DNA from: Agrobacterium phage OLIVR6
Reading direction: 5' to 3' (one strand)
Sequence record: MT234343.1
DNA length: 24,000 bases
Shown here: piece after piece, positions 22,698-24,000 of the stretch
Layout: each line of letters opens with the position of its first letter
How positions within the stretch are numbered: the stretch's first letter is position 1
Program-made: the position numbers and the translations under genes
Notes under the pieces: model-generated
Databases searched by the model: none
Told to the model about the DNA's origin: nothing
What the model saw: the letters and a program-made list of their open reading frames with translations, nothing else

Positions 22698-24000
22698 TCA
22701 GAGCGAAGTCACCATGCGGAAGCCTTTGAACTTCGGGACTACTGAAGTATTTTGCGAAAGAGGAACGATCTTGACCTGGACAGAGTTGACGTTCGTGTAG
22801 AGTGCGTTGTTCTCTCCACGATAGGACATATCAACCTCGTACCTGGTCTCGATGAATTCGTCACGAACAGAAGTCTTCTTATTGTTATTCGTGATCTCGA
22901 TCCAGTTTTTAGTCAGGATCGACTGTTCATCGGATTCGTTCTTGGCACGGTAGTAAACCTTCACATCAGTTCCAGCCGGAGAGCTGATATCGAGATAAAC
23001 GTTGGCCTGGTCAGCATCGAAACCTTCGCCGAGAGTGACGACCTTCGAAATGTACCTTGCTTCTGCGTTACCTCCGTTAGGATCGGTTTCGAAGCCTTTG
23101 AATACGACATTCGCACCGGTACCAAGACCGGAAACAGAAATCGTAGGCTCAGAAGTAAATCCGATGCCTTGGTTCACAACATCCACGTCGATGAGCCTGC
23201 CATCTTCAATAATCGGTCGAACGATTGCACCAGAACCACCTCCACCAGTTACGGTAATCGTGGTCGAGTCTTCTCCGTATCCGGTACCAGCATCGATGAT
23301 CGTGAAGTTCCTTCGGACGAGACCGAAATAGTTCACTACGTTCTTGATCGTCACCGCGAACGATCTGCTGATATCGAAGAACGGAGAAACGTACTTGTCA
23401 AACGATTTGGCCTTGACTGCGACAGATGCATCGCGAAGGTTCTTTCGTACGATCCTTTCAGAAGAGAGGTCCGTATTAACACGTGCGCCAATCTTAGCAA
23501 CGACGTCATTCGAATTCGTCGAGTCTCGAGTCGTGAGTTCGTACGACACGTTCGTTCCTTCGAAGACGAGAGCCTGCGGCCGGAAGTTGATCGTGTTGTA
23601 CCTGAAGTCTTCGTCGAGGACGGTGTTCTTCAGGCTGAAGCTCATTTCTCGATTGGTCTCAAAGTTACAAACTCCGAGTTCGAACATGACGGTATCGTTC
23701 TGGTATGCCGTCCAGGTCTGCGAGTTCTGCGAACGGAAAGACGAACCAAGCATAGGTTGGTTGTAAATCCGTGTCTCCGTACCGATAATGTTCTGACCCA
23801 TTTCCGAAACGTAGATTTCGTAATCCGGATGGTTCGCCAATGCTACAAAGCAATAGGAGAAACCAGGAGCCAGATAGATCGGAACATCATATTCAACAGT
23901 GGTTCGAGCTGCGCGGATCGAGTCCATGTTGTCGATGTTAGAAGGAATGTTCACTCGTTCATGAGGAATGTTCACTTCCGAGAACGGAATAATATCTGTC
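22698..24000 (-). CDS. Virion structural protein, C-terminal part (continues beyond window)
   Basis: Frame is open to the window edge (ORF track start at 23975 is an internal GTG). APGFSYCFVALANHPDYEIYVSEMGQNIIGTETRIYNQPMLGSSFRSQNSQTWTAYQNDTVMFEL resembles structural proteins of T4-like environmental myoviruses. Confidence 0.65.
   Translation of the reverse strand, partial: TDIIPFSEVNIPHERVNIPSNIDNMDSIRAARTTVEYDVPIYLAPGFSYCFVALANHPDYEIYVSEMGQNIIGTETRIYNQPMLGSSFRSQNSQTWTAYQNDTVMFELGVCNFETNREMSFSLKNTVLDEDFRYNTINFRPQALVFEGTNVSYELTTRDSTNSNDVVAKIGARVNTDLSSERIVRKNLRDASVAVKAKSFDKYVSPFFDISRSFAVTIKNVVNYFGLVRRNFTIIDAGTGYGEDSTTITVTGGGGSGAIVRPIIEDGRLIDVDVVNQGIGFTSEPTISVSGLGTGANVVFKGFETDPNGGNAEARYISKVVTLGEGFDADQANVYLDISSPAGTDVKVYYRAKNESDEQSILTKNWIEITNNNKKTSVRDEFIETRYEVDMSYRGENNALYTNVNSVQVKIVPLSQNTSVVPKFKGFRMVTSL

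Noticed and set aside
1-24000. CRISPR arrays, tRNA genes, rRNA, transposases, integrase
   Set aside because: None seen: no regularly spaced direct repeats, no cloverleaf-like segments or T-loop consensus noticed by eye, and no integrase or transposase motifs. A tRNAscan/Infernal run on this window would be decisive.

Overview
This window looks like part of a T4-type (Straboviridae-like or related) myovirus genome whose host is probably an alphaproteobacterium. Nearly all genes are on the minus strand. From right to left it carries a virion structural protein running off the window edge, a small coiled-coil protein, a repeat-rich tail fiber with an S74-type chaperone C-terminus, two tandem glycine-rich adhesin-like paralogs, a GapR/DUF2312 homolog, and short conserved hypotheticals. 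Further left are a PD-(D/E)XK exonuclease-like gene, a thymidylate/dNMP kinase-like gene, galE, topoisomerase II large and medium subunits, a gp55-like late sigma factor, gp47, gp46, and a small protein resembling the phage Acb2/Tad1 hairpin (signal-sponge) family. Three plus-strand genes interrupt the pattern: two related GIY-YIG homing endonucleases and a ParB/Srx-fold-like protein. The most interesting signals are: (1) the putative Acb2/Tad1-like anti-defence protein; (2) a 16-bp perfect inverted repeat in a leader that sequesters the Shine-Dalgarno sequence, plus a 13-bp one in the topo II medium-subunit leader; (3) a recurrent TTGTAAAC element (minus strand GTTTACAA) at transcription-unit starts; (4) a 22-bp perfect palindrome that encodes the same C-terminus and stop of a homing endonuclease and its convergent neighbour; (5) a phage-borne GapR; (6) duplicated adhesins with a 50-bp identical nucleotide block. 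All family calls come from motif recognition by eye; no database search was run.
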